Shown here in pieces: positions 1 to 12,515 of a stretch of DNA of 64,000 nt; positions within the stretch are counted from its first letter, which is position 1, and every line of letters starts with the position of its first letter. The notes under the pieces are model-generated. The model did no database searches and was not told where the DNA came from. It was given only the letters and a program-made list of their open reading frames with translations. The translations under genes and the position numbers were made by a program. The DNA is from Chiloscyllium plagiosum (taxonomy: Eukaryota): contig NC_057720.1 in NCBI RefSeq assembly GCF_004010195.1, forward strand, positions 5,244,177 through 5,308,176. Reading direction: 5' to 3'.

Positions 1-651
1 ATCCCAAAGCGTCCTTCCACATCGGTCAGCAATTTACCTGTACCTCCACTAATGTCATTGACTGTATCCATTGCACCAATTGTGCTCTCCTATACATCGG
101 AAGGCCGGACACCAACTTGCAGATTGTTTCAGAGAACATCTCTGGGATACCTGCACCAAACAGCCCCGTAGCTGAACACTTCAGCTCCCCCTCCCAATCT
201 GCCGAGGACATACAGGTCCTGGGCCTCCTCCGTCGCAAAACCATTACCACCCAACGCCTGGAAGAACAGTGACTCATATTCCGTCCTGGCACCATGTAAC
301 CACACAGGATTAACGTGGATTTCACTGGTTTCCTCATTTCCCCTCGCCCCATCATATCCCAGTCTAAAGCCTCCAACTCGGCACCACCATCTTGAACTGT
401 TCATTGCCTTTCCCACCTATCCGCTCTATCCTCCTGTCGGACCTATCACCATTACCTCCACCTCCATCTGCCACTTATATTCTCATAGCTTATCTCTCCT
501 CACTTCAGGCTCTCTGCCTTTATTCCTGATGAAGGGCTTTTGCCCGAAATGTCGATTTTGCCTGTCCTCGGATGCTGCCTGAATTGCTGTGCTCTTCCAG
601 CACCACTAATCCAGAATCTGGTTTCCAGCATCTGCAGTCATTGTTTTTACC
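1..651 (+). mobile_element. Penelope-like retroelement 3' fragment: decayed GIY-YIG endonuclease plus hammerhead-bearing terminal repeat (family A)
   Basis: Frame from nt 3 reads PKASFHIGQQFTCTSTNVIDCIHCTNCALLYIG (GIY-YIG with Cys motifs). Homologous to 9044-9821. Ends in the repeated terminus ...CAGCATCTGCAGTCATTGTTTTTACC. Confidence 0.9.
522..556 (+). ncRNA. Minimal hammerhead ribozyme motif (family A)
   Basis: CTGATGA (526-532), A, GGGC/TTTT/GCCC stem II, GAAA (546-549), TGTC. The ACGTC consensus appears CpG-decayed here. Confidence 0.7.
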
Positions 652-1385
652 GTCTTGTACATGTTCAACATCAGCTCTTTGCGTTTGTACTCTACGCCCC
701 ATTAGTAGAACTGAGGAAACAGCATGTTGCATTTACTGCTCTTTCTACCTCTCCTGCCATTTTCAATGATTGCACACATATGCATCCAGGTCTCTCTACT
801 GCTACACCCCTCTTTAGAACTGCACCCTGATTTTATATTGTCTTTCAATGTTCTTTCAGCCAAAATGCATCATCTCACACTTCTTAGCATTGAAACTCAT
901 CTGCAAACTATTTGCCCAATTCACCAACTTGCCTATATCCCCCTAGAGTTCAAAAGGTCTTCAGAGTTTATAATTCTTATAAGTTCTATGTGCTGCCACC
1001 TTCAAAGATGTTTGTACTAGGTTCCTGCACCCCCTTTAAACTTATAATACCGCTTCCCATCTTTTCTATAATTACTTCACACTTCTCTGCATTAAATTGC
1101 ACCTGCCCATTTCAATCTTGCTTGCCTGGCTCTCTATGATGCTATTGCCTCACCTATGGCCTTTAGCTTTTCCATTTGTCATTTTGTTCATCATCTTTTA
1201 CATGCTTCATGAAAATGTCATGTGTGTTGTACAAGGGCTTTAGAACCCTGGTGCAACCTTGGGGCGATGTTAGAGTTGCTCTTAACTGGTCTTAAAAAGC
1301 ATAGGATGGTGGCGTTAGTACACCAGCCAGTCACAGGCAGCAACATTGAATATAATCTTTCAACAATGTAACACAAGATTAGAGA

Positions 1386-1507
1386 CTGAAGAAGGGTTCA
1401 TGCCTGAAACATCGATTCTCCTGCTCCTTGGATGCTGCCTGACCTGCGCTTTTCCAGCAACACATTTTTAGCTCTGATCTCCAGCATCTGCAGTCCTCAC
1501 TTTCTCC
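1386..1507 (+). mobile_element. Solo Penelope-derived short element (family B), degenerate hammerhead at 5' end
   Basis: CTGAAGAAGGGTTCATGCCTGAAACATC...CTCACTTTCTCC; matches the right arms at 22881-23008 and 52747-52875. Confidence 0.85.
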
Positions 1508-1654
1508 TACAGACTGGTACATATCAGCATACTAGACATCATATTTAATTTTCATATGCAATAAACTATTTATAAAGAAGTCCAAGCCCGAAGACAATTC
1601 TTCATATTGCTTTCTTCTATACCAGTCTATCATGAATCTACACTCAGATAAGAC

Positions 1655-3350
1655 CATAATACATTAGAGGGGTAGGCCATTCAGCCAATCATGTCTGCTC
1701 TGCGATTCAATGAGAACATGACTGATCTGATAAACCATTTTCCTATCTTTAACCCTTACCTCTTACTGATCAAAGAATTTATCTCTCTCACAGAATATAC
1801 TTAATGACTCAGCCTTGATTGTCCTACACAACCCTATCCCACAGATTCACTGTACTCAGAAGAAATTATTCAACTGACTTAAATGTGTAACCCTTTGTTC
1901 TGAGATTATGGTCTCTGGTCCTAAACTCTCCCTAAAGATACAAATAACCTTTCCACATCTACACCAGCAAGTCCCATAAGAATCCTGTGTGCTTTGATAA
2001 GGTCATTTCTCATACTTCTAAGTTCCAAACAGTATTTCCCAATCTTTCTAACCTGTCCTCAGGTTACAGTTTATCCACATCCAGTCAGCCTCGTGAACCT
2101 TCCCTGGACTGCATCGAATGCAAGTATGTCTTTCCTTAGGTAAGGAGCCAAAAATAGTTCACAGATCCCTATCATCCAACTAGTGCTTTGCACAGCTTTA
2201 GCAAAACTGCACTAAGTTTACACTCAATTTGCACTATTATGCACTGAGCATAGTCATCAGCTTTTTGTGATTTATGGATGAGTGCTCCTAAATTATCATA
2301 TCATGTATTTCTAAATTCTTGATTATATCCTTTGTAATAGACTAACATAATTCCAATAACTGATTAGCCCATAGTCACTTCTTTTTTTGATCTCGTCCCA
2401 TTTTTAAATTGGCAGTTTTCCAATCCTCTGGGACTTTTGCCAGAATTTAAGGATTCCTAGAAGATTACTATCTCTGTAACTCCTTCCTTGAATATCCTAG
2501 GTTGTAACCCATCAGGTTCAGGAGACTTGGTGGCTTTCAGCCTCATTCCCAAGCACATTTTCTCTTGTATTGAAGTATTATTTCCTCTCTTCCTTTTGTC
2601 CCTTGATTATTTAATGATTTTGGAATTCTATTTGTGTCTTACTGTGAAGATAGAGTACTTATTCAACACTTCTGCCATTTCCTGGTTCATCATTATGATT
2701 TCGCCAGCCTCTAAAGGGACCCATGTTCACTTGGTCTTCTCTCTTCCTTTTTATACAAGAAAAAATACTCTTGTGGTCTACTTTGATATTTTGCATTTCC
2801 TACTTTTTTGTTTTTGGTCATCTTTTGTTGGTTTTTGAAACTTTCCCAATCCTCTGACTTGTCACTAATCTTTGTAACTTTTTTTGTTTTTTTTTAATTT
2901 CAATTTTACTATGCTTTCTATCTTATTGTCCTAACCTTCTCTGATTAACAATAGTGGGCTCAACATCCCTAGAATTCTTTTCCTCACTGGGATAGATCTT
3001 CGCTATGAGCCACAAACTATTTTCTTAAACATTTGCCATTGTTCCTCAACTGCCTTTGCAACTAAACATTTCCCAGTTCTAGCTCTATCCAGATCCCTTT
3101 GGAATTACCCATATCGTGGTCTAGCACATTTGGATTCTGCTTTCTGTGCAAGATCATTTCTTGCTATCCTACCTTTTCCAGCCCATACCAATAATGCTAC
3201 CCTATCATTCTTTACCTCCTGCCTGTCCTTTCAAAAAGTCACATGCCCCTGAATATTTTTGTTTCCAACTTTGAACTCCTTGTAACCATATGTCCAAAAG
3301 GGCTATAAGATCACACCATCAACTTGTACTTGTTCAGAACACTGTGTGTT
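1655..3350 (-). mobile_element. Old, heavily decayed CR1 LINE
   Basis: CR1-type 3' end near 1655 and scattered similarity to the younger CR1 ORF2 copies in this window; no intact ORF. Confidence 0.6.
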
Positions 3351-4593
3351 CAATGAAAGAGCTAATGACAGTGCCTTTTTAACCATTTTCCCCCTTTTTG
3401 ACACTATTTATTGCTGTTCTTGTTTGCACACTGTGCCCTTTCCTGTCCCAGTTATCCAAATAACTGCCCTGCAATGATGCCATATCCTCTTGCTTTGCAA
3501 GCCAGCAATTCCCCTCTCCAAAATCCACCTGATTCAGAGGGCCACTCAACCCAAAAATGTTAACTGATCTCTTTTCACAGATGCTGCCAAACATGCTGAG
3601 CTTTTCCAGCAATTTCTGTTTTTGTTGCCTCTTTCCACTACAGTCCCATTTGTGCCTGCACAGCTTGCAAGAATCACATAACTATTGGACAATGCAGGGA
3701 CCAAGGTTCCTCAGTTGTAAGCCCCTGGGGTTCTCATACCTGTCCCAACTGCAATCACATCTTCCCATTCCTGATCACAGACTAATTTTCAAATACCTAG
3801 TCTGACGGGTGTCAACATATTCTAGAACAAAGTGTCCAGTTAACTGTTCATTTCCCTGATGTGGCCAAATCTGCAGGTGACTCAAGCTCAAGTTGAATCC
3901 AAAATGTTTCAAACTGCAAACACCTATAGAATATGTATTTACTCTGGATCATGATGGTGCCCAGCAGCTTCCACACATTGCAGCAGGAACAGAGCAATCA
4001 AGCTGCTATTACTACCACATTTGATTTAACTTAAATTAGTTTTGAGAGTTCTGTGCTTTAAGTATGACTGCAATGACATTTCACTATCATGAATTGAAAA
4101 GCTAAAAAGTCATCAGTATTAATCAAACACTTAAGCAGTTATTTTTAAAAGATATGGGCATAAAGCCACACAACAAATTACATGGGAAAATTAAAATCAA
4201 AAACAAAAGCACTCAAATCAGGCTTTAGTTTTTTTTGACAACTAAACTTTGAGGAAGATCAAATGTACTTTGGAATTGCATTTGCATTTTTAAAAATGCT
4301 ACAGTTTTTTTAAGCACGTACTCAACAGGGGAGGTCTCATCCATTTTTAATGCATCCTTATATTTAGAAACAGTGATAGTACATAATTCTCTTTGTAAAG
4401 GAGTCAATTAATATTACCATGGATCATTGAACAAGGCTCTGAATGACAACGAAAACAAAAGAATCCCAAGGCAGAATTGTACAGCTATTTTTTAAAGACA
4501 GTTCCTTGGAACAAAAAAAAGTATGCCCTTTCACAAAGTAATTATAATGTGTTTTTCTCTTGCATCATAATTCTTACCTACTACAGAAGCTTA

Positions 4594-4886
4594 GAGTCAA
4601 AAAGTGTGATGCTGGAAAAGCACAGCAGGTCAGGCAGCATCCAAGTAGTAAGAAAGTTGCTAGGAACATTTGCTAGGACAAATGTTCGGCACAACATTGT
4701 GGGCCGAAGGGCCTGTTCTGTGCTGTATTGTTCTATGTCTATGTTCCATGTTCTAAAGTTGATGTTTCGGGTATAAACATTCCTGAGGAAGGGCTTATGC
4801 CCAAAACGTTGACGGTCTTGTTTCTTGGATGCTGCCTGGACCTGCTGTACTTTTCCAGTGCCATAATTTGATTACTCACTTTCTCC
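4594..4886. mobile_element. Head-to-head inverted pair of Penelope-derived elements with a nested CR1 3' tail (4660-4754)
   Basis: Flanking duplication CCTACTACAGAAGCTTA at 4577-4593 and 4885-4901. The nested tail is flanked by AAAGTTG at 4653-4659 and 4755-4761. Confidence 0.85.
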
Positions 4887-5269
4887 TACTACAGAAGCTT
4901 ACCAACTCACTTCACTAATTTCCAAATGAACATGCTTATTTGAAAGGCAGAAATTAACAATGGGTAAATTAATAAAGAATCAAAAATAAATTTGAACAAA
5001 TCATTTTTTCCTGTAATCTAGCTCCACCTTCTACACACTACATGAAAACAGTACAACAAAATACATTACACTAACTCAAGTGCTTTGTCCAGTTCTGGTC
5101 ACCACACTTCAAAGATATGGGAGTCCGAGAGGATGCAGAAAAGATTTGCCAAAATAATTCTGTCCATGGAAGAATTTTAGTTCCAATGTTAGGTTGGAAA
5201 AACTCGTATTCATTAAAGTAAGAGAAATTGAGTGGAGATTTGATCGAGATATACAAGACCAGTACAAGG

Positions 5270-7600
5270 CAGAATTAGTCCAGCTGATTATCAAATCTGC
5301 TTTGCCATTGTTTCTCAACCCTCATTCTCCTTCCTTCTCCTGCAATCCTTGATTCCTTTATTAATCAAGAAGCTGTTTTAAATATTTTCAATGACTTGAC
5401 CCCCACAGCCTTCAATTACAATGTTCCACAGATTAACCACCCTCTGGCAGAAAATCCTCAATTTTAAAGGGTCATCCCTTCACTGAAGCTGTACTCCCAG
5501 GTCCTCCTACAAGTGCAAACATCTTTTCCACATCCACTCGATCCAGGCCTGTCAGTATTCTCCAAGTTTCAATGAGAACCTTCTAAACTCTGAGCACAGA
5601 TCCAGAGTCCTCAACTATTCCTCATATGACACGCTTTTGATTGCTGGGATCATTCTTGTAACCCTCCTTTGGACTCTCTGCAATGTCAGCACATCATTCT
5701 GTAGATACAGGATTCAAACCTGCTCACTATATTCCAAATGTGAACTGCCCACAGCCTTACACAGCAGTACAACACTGCTTTTGTATTCTATTCCTTGCAA
5801 AATGAATGCGAACATTGAATCTGCCACGCTAAATGACAAGTGAACCTGCAAGTTAGCCTCAAGAGAATCCGGAATTAAAACTTTAAGTCCCACTGTACTT
5901 CAGATTTCTGATGCCTCGCTCATTCAGAAATTAGTCTAGACCTCCATTTTTCCGACCAAAGTATATAAGCCCTCATTTTACCCACACTGTACAGTGGAAC
6001 CTTGATTATCCGAATATTGGATTATCCAAAGGAGATCTCTAGGTCCCGATAGAAACATTACATCAAAGATGTGTTTCCAATAGTGATCGCGTCTTTTGTT
6101 TACAACAATTAAACAGGTACCGTCTCCAAATGACTGACCTCCCACCCTCCCCACACTTTTTCCTGGAGATCTACAGAGGGGGTACCCTAAACCCCCCTTC
6201 CCCAGATAATCTCTCCAACATTGTCCTGTACAGGGCAAAGGTGGAACCTGTCAAAAAGTTGCAGTAAAAAGTGTGTGTGTTTTTTTTTCCTGTTTGGAGA
6301 CTTACCCCATAAAACGCGGCTGCAGCAGCAGTCTTGTTGTTGGTGTCCAGTCTGGCTGCCCCAGAGAAGGAGCGGGAGAGGGGCAGTGTTGGACAGGGTG
6401 GGGGGGGCGGGGGGGAGAGCGGGGTTGGCAAGGGGCACACGTGCAGTGTGCTGCTGCCTCGTCTCCTGAATGGGGAGCAGACATAAAAAAAAACTCCAAG
6501 CCCCAGAGGAAAGGTATTTAAACCGATTAACCAAACAAAATAGTGCCCGCCCATTTCATTCGGATAATCAAGGTTCCTCTGTATTCCATCTGTCATTTCT
6601 TTGCCCCAGCCTGTTCAAGTCCTTCAGCAGCCTCTTTGCTTCATCACTACCTGCCCCTACACCTATGCTCTCAGTTCTTTCATCCACATCATTAATGTAT
6701 AGTGTGAATAGTTGCGGTTCCAACTCCCCTAATTACAGGTTGCCATCCTGAACAAGATCCCTTTCTCCCCACTGTCAGCCTCTGCTATTGGCGAATCCTC
6801 TACCCAGGCTAGTATCATGTCCATATTCAGCAGCTTTCTGTGCGGCACCTTGTCAATGGCCTCCTGAAAGGCAAAATAGATTACTTCCACTGGCTCTCCA
6901 TGTAACTTGCTCAGTACCTCCTCAAAACATTGTCAGATTTATCAGGCATGATCTCCCTTTGACGAAGCCATGCTGACTAAAACCCATGCTCTTCCAAGAA
7001 CTCTGCAATTCATCCTCAAAAATGCACAAAAATCTTAACAACTGAAGTCAGGCTAATCGGCCTAGTGCCTCGTCTTCTGCCTCCCTCCCTCAGACAGGAC
7101 GGCTACTTTAGCAGTTTTCCTGAAAAATAACCACCAATGCCTCTGCAATCTCCTCAGCTAATTCCTTCAGAACTCTGGGATGTAGTCCATCTGGTTGGAG
7201 CAATTTATCCACCTTCAGAATTTTCAGCTTCCCCAGCATCTTCTCCTTACAACGGTCTCTACATTCATCTCTGCATCCTGACTCTAAGTTCTGATATGCT
7301 GCTGGTGTGTTCTACCATGAAGACTGATGTAAAGTACCCAATTCAGTTCCTCTGCCATTTCTTTGTTCCCCATTAGTATTTCTCATTTTCTAGTGGTCCA
7401 AAGTCCACTCTTGCCTCTCACTTATCTTTTAGATATCTAAACAAAACTCTTACAACCTTCTTTTACATTACTAGCCAGCATTCCCTCATATTTCATCTTC
7501 TACCTCACTGACTGCTTTCTTAATTATCCTCTGCTGAATTTTTAAAAGGCTTCCCAATAATCTTCACCAGATTGAACTGTCCCCGACTTCCCTTGTCAAA
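5270..7600 (-). mobile_element. Old CR1 LINE interrupted by a MITE at 5992-6581
   Basis: CR1 RT/3' similarity on both sides. The sequence reads through across the MITE (CCCACACTGTA|TTCCATCTG). Confidence 0.65.
5992..6581. mobile_element. Non-autonomous Tc1/mariner-superfamily (pogo/Tigger-like) MITE
   Basis: 24-bp TIRs CAG(T/A)GGAACCTTGATTATCCGAAT at 5992-6015 and 6558-6581 (1 mismatch). TA duplication at 5990-5991 and 6582-6583. No transposase. Confidence 0.9.
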
Positions 7601-9266
7601 TAGTTGCTTCTGGGAAGGGCTCTTGTGGCAGTGACAGTGTCCCTAACTTTGAGCCAGAGGGCCAGGTTCAAGTCCCACCTGTTTCAGAGATGAGTCATGA
7701 GATCTCTGAACAGGCTAATTGGAAAATACCTCTAAGAACTAAGGACACAGACCTAAAATCTTGTGCAAGAGATGTAGGGAAAAATCGAGGATGGCATTTT
7801 TTAAAATGCAGGGGAGTGGCAATGACCTGGAACTCTCCATGCATACGGGTGGACGTTACAGAAACAATCAAGGCAGATGGGATTAGTTTAGAACAGTATC
7901 ATGATCGGCAGAGACCTGGTAGGACAAAGGGTCTGTTCCTGAGCTGTTCTATGTTCTAATGATTTCAACAGGGTGCTTGAGGGAAATAAACTTGCAGGGC
8001 TAGAGATCAGGCAGAGTGAGAAACTGACTAGATTGGTCCACAAAGAGCTGGTACAGACTCCCTTCTGTGCCCTAACTGGCTGACTCAGACAAAACCCATA
8101 CAAGTATTAAATGTAAATGCAAAGTTAAACACAATGCCAAGTTAAACAGGAATTTCTGCTGTTTAAATGTGTACAAAATTCCTATGGCAATACTTGAACT
8201 CCCAGGACAACATCACCCCTTTAACCCAAATCAACTCACTGGTCACATACCTAATTTGCTGATACCAAATGGAACAATGCCATGTGAAGTATTAGCTTTG
8301 AACTATCCTTTAGGCAAGGTGTAATTTTAAAAGTTAACCTTATCCCTGATATTATTTTCCTGCAGAAGTTAGTTAAACTTAGCTCTCAGGACTTAATTTG
8401 GAGATTGACAGGAAAGACAACTGGCAGGTTTCCCCAGCTTTTTAACTAATTTATGCCAAGGCCACACAAGGTGAACCATTGTGCACACTTGGCCAATATT
8501 ATACTGAGCATTGTGTTGCACTTCCATTCATATAGATGAACTATCTGCAGTATAGAAACGTCTTGTATTTCCTGTTGACAAAAACTTACTTCCTATTTTT
8601 ACGTGAGAGATAATCCTGCGGAAGTTATCTATTTAATTGGTATTCTGAACATTTCTTTGCTAATATGCAATTCTGAGAAACTTGCAAATAGGATCAGGAC
8701 AGCACAGTCAAAAGTTTGTTTCACCTGACAACCCCATTGACAAACAATTAACGATTAAAGGCAACTTTTTCTTTTTAGCCCGAGGTTTTGGGTTGATTTG
8801 CAAAGCTGTCCCCAATATTAACTAGCAGCATCTGCCTATGGAAAGGTCAGTGAATTTGACCTTTCCATAGGCCAATTGACCATTTCCTGGACACCTCAAA
8901 TCAATCTCCTGGTCAAGGTATAGGTGCCAGAACATCTTCCTTTTGAACATAAGCAACCTGCTTGTGACCAGCTAACGGATCTCCTGATTACACTTTGTGC
9001 TAGTCAAGCTAATGAATTTATCAGAGCTCTGTCTACACTGGCAGAGCTCCAACGCATCTCGTACACATCCCGCACCTCCGCCCTCAGACCCCACCCCTCC
9101 AACCGTAACAAGGACAGAACTGCCCTGGTGCTCACCTTCCACCCTACCAACCTTCGCATAAATCAAATCATCTGCCGACATTTCCGCCACCAGGGATATA
9201 TTTCCCTCCCCACTCCTTTCTGCCTTCTGCAAAGACCGTTCCCTCCGTGACTACCTGGTCAGGTCC

Positions 9267-9698
9267 ATGCCCCCCGACAACCCACCCTCCCATCCTGGCA
9301 CCTTCCCCTGCCACCGCAGGAATTGCAAAACCTGCGCTCACACCTCCTTCCTCACCTCCATCCAAGGCCCTAAAGGAGCCTTCCACATCCAAAGTTATAC
9401 CTGCACATCCACCAATATCATTTATTGTATCCATTGCTCCCGATGCGGTCTCCTCTACATTGGGGAGACTAGACGCTTCCGAGCAGAGCGCTTTAGGGAA
9501 CATCTCCAGGACACCCACACCAATCAACCACACCGCCCTGTGGCCCAACATTTCAACTCCCCCTCCCACTCTGCTGAGGACATGGAGACCCTGGGCCTCC
9601 TTCACCGCTGCTCCCTCACCACCAGACGCCTGGAGGAAGAACGCCTCATCTTTCTCACTTCTCTCTCCACCTTTCAGACTCTCTGCCTGTATTCCTGA
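9267..9698 (+). pseudogene. Penelope-like GIY-YIG endonuclease domain remnant
   Basis: ORF ...PCHRRNCKTCAH...NIIYCIHCSRCGLLYIGETRRFRAERFREHL...VAQHFN...RLEEERLIF contains the GIY/YIG, catalytic Arg and Glu regions and Cys motifs typical of PLE endonucleases. Confidence 0.9.
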
Positions 9699-9725
9699 TG
9701 AAGGGCTTTTGCCCGAAACATCGAT
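9691..9725 (+). ncRNA. Minimal hammerhead ribozyme motif (family A)
   Basis: CTGATGA (9695-9701), A, GGGC/TTTT/GCCC, GAAA (9715-9718), CATC. Confidence 0.7.
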
Positions 9726-11516
9726 TTTACTGCTCCTCGGATGCTGCCTGAACTGCTGTGCTATTCCAGCACCACTAATCCAGAATCTGGTTTCCAGCAT
9801 CTACAGTCATTGTTTTTATCCATCATAAATATAGTGTCTTCCACCTGCACAGTGACAGTACATTTAAAGGTACTGTCTTAAATGAGCATTAATTCAAATA
9901 GAATGTCACAGATACCATCTTTATGATCATTAACCTGCAAAATCCATCCAAAGAAAGTTGTTGAGAAACCTAAAATTCGAAATAACATAATTGCTAAACT
10001 TTGTGGCACACTAAGGAAGCAGCAACTTCATTTTAAACAGAAGTGCCTTCAGGCATTGTTACTCAAGCACACAACTGTATTCCCATCTGAACTTCTACCC
10101 TGGACTCTAATCTGATGTATACTCATCGAAATAGCACTATTCATTTTATGATGGGGATTGCCCCTCACCTCCCTCCCAAAGTCCTATGCACTAGAGCTCC
10201 TATATATCATTTGAGATCTATAAGAAAAAATTATGCAACCACGTATGATTGAATTGTTCGATCCACAAATTTAGCAGTTTTTATTTAGAAATCCAATAAA
10301 ACCAAGCTCTGGAGTCATTAGACTTTTCCGCTATGGTTCAATGGTAGATCCTCTTGCAGTCAGGAGGTTTGAGCTCAAGACTCATCCCAGGGATTACTAT
10401 ATCAAAGTTCCAGTTTGTAATGAGAGACTGCTGCAATGTTTACAGTTGGCATCTTTCTGACATGAAATCATCCAGAATCTGCCTGCCCCTTCTGGTTTAC
10501 ACACAAAATGTCATTGTACTATCTGAAGCAGATCAGGATGGTTTTCTTGGTCATCTGGCCAATATCTGTACCCGATATATCCAAAACAGATTATGCAGTT
10601 ATGTCACTAAGACAAAGTGGAGAAACCCAGCAATTCTGGCACCTGTGGATACAAAACGCATCAGTCAGAACTGATGGAGTCACTGGATCAACACATTGAA
10701 TGTTCTTTTCTCTCCACAGATGCCATTAGACCTGTCGAGTTTCTGCAGCACTTGTTTTCATTTCAAATCTCCAGCATCTGCAGTTATTTGTTTACTTTTG
10801 TACTATTACATATCTCATTATCATATAATCTGCTGTGTGCACACTGTCATACTCCCAGCAATACAACAACAATCTTACTTCGAAATACATGATTGACTGA
10901 AGGATGAAACTGGGACAGTTAAAACTGAGACACACTACATATGCACTGATAGTAGTAGTTACAGTCCAAACTGACTACTAAAAATGCCAGGAATATAACT
11001 TGAACTCAACAAAATTCTGATTTTGTATTTTTCCCCTTTGCCGGTTTGATGTCCTGAAGAACGGACAAATATTTCCACACCATTACTCCCAATTTGACAG
11101 ACTATCAGGATTCAATTGACTATAATGTGGTTGGGCTAAAACTGGGTAGAAACAGCATAGGAGTCCACAGATCTCTTTTGCAATTATGAACCAAAATGGA
11201 AATTAGACGGCTGTAACAGAAATGCTAGGAGAGTTTTACAACTTCAAAATTAAGTGCAAGGTATTGCTGAGCTTTGAGAGAAGTCAAGACAGAGGGGCAC
11301 AGAATATTAAAAAGATACTAAGTGCCAGGGACGGCAGAGACCAGACCCAGAACCTGACAATACAAAGCATCAGTCTCTTCTTCTCTGGCTGTAAACCAAA
11401 GAAAGCTTATAAAAAATTCCAAAACACCACCAAGCTATGGCTAAACAAAGTCCATAACCAGAGGTAAAATTTCTTTTAAGGATGAGGATGAATAAGTGTT
11501 TAACATGTTTGAAATC

Positions 11517-11770
11517 AGATAGTCATTGACATGTAGAGCACAGATAAAAACCTTTCAGTCTAACTCATCCATGCCAACCAGATACCCTATAGAGTCCCAA
11601 CTGCCATCATTTGGCCCACATCCCTCTAAACCGTTCCTGTTCACGTACCTATCCAGATGCCTTTTAAACATTGTAATTGCACCAGCCTCCACCACTTCCT
11701 CTGGCAGCTCATTCCATATATGCACTACACTTTGCGTGAAAACGTTGCCCCTCAGGTCTCTTTTAAATCT
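11517..11770 (-). mobile_element. CR1/HER1 LINE 3' end
   Basis: Encodes RFKRDLRGNVFTQSVVHIWNELPEEVVEAGAITMFKRHLD (CR1 ORF2 C-terminus) plus the conserved 3' tail. Confidence 0.9.
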
Positions 11771-12174
11771 GGAGTTAATCAAGTTTATACAGGCAGATCA
11801 CACTGAAGCTGAGGTTGAAGGAGTTCCAGAGTATTATTAGATTTTAAAAATCAATTCTGATAAGGAAGAGAAGACATCTTCTTAGACTTACAGACAAGAA
11901 ACGGTCAATAGTTCAACACTGTGGTCTCAATAGGAGTTATTGCAAGTAGCACATTAAATTCCTATGGCAGGAATATGGAAAACTCCGTTGTCGATAAACA
12001 GGCAATTCATCAGGCAAAAACTTCATAAGGACACATCTCAACTTTAATACACATTCTAGTCTTTGATGAAACAGGAGTTAGATTGTGTAGGCTCATGACC
12101 AAGAACGAAGGAGAGACTCCAACAATATCCTTCACAATTATGGATATGACAACCCAATGTACAGAATCTATACT

Positions 12175-12515
12175 GAAAATGTGTTGCTGGAAAAACGCAG
12201 CAGGTCAGGCAGCATCCAAGGAGCAGGAAAATCGACGTTTTGGGCATAAGCCCTTCTTCATGTACTATGTTTGACATGGAAGATGGCAAAAATGCAGAGG
12301 AATCAGTAACTTAAGACAGCATCCTTATTTGTCAAGTCCAGATTAAAAAAAAGCTCATACGGAATTCATCAGTGGCTTCTATGCCAGATGGGTCTACTAG
12401 GCTTATGCCCGAAACGTCGATTCTCCTGTTCCTTGGATGCTGCCTGACCTGCTGCGCTTTTCCAGCAACACATTTTCAGCTCTGATCTCCAGCATCTGCA
12501 GCCCTCACTTCCTCT
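12175..12515. mobile_element. Inverted pair of family B Penelope-derived elements enclosing a captured ~142-bp genomic segment
   Basis: TSD CAGAATCTATACT at 12162-12174 and 12516-12528. The internal 12260-12401 segment duplicates 13358-13498. Confidence 0.92.

Larger units (their letters stand above)
9044..9821 (+). mobile_element. Penelope-like retroelement 3' fragment (family A)
   Basis: GIY-YIG coding remnant followed by the hammerhead-bearing terminal repeat. Confidence 0.92.

Noticed and set aside
1140..1650. Possible very old Gypsy RT/RNase H remnant on the minus strand
   Set aside because: Motif resemblance is too weak to support without a profile search.
4322..4438. Two micro-exon candidates (35 and 21 nt) on the minus strand
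   Set aside because: The implied intron is only 61 nt and every joined frame hits a stop.
6171..6596. Overlapping Pro/Gly-rich ORFs
   Set aside because: They arise from the GC-rich MITE interior and show no transposase motifs.
12175..12515. CRISPR-like repeat-spacer-repeat reading of the captured segment
   Set aside because: Repeats are inverted, single and TSD-flanked in a vertebrate context, with no array or cas genes.
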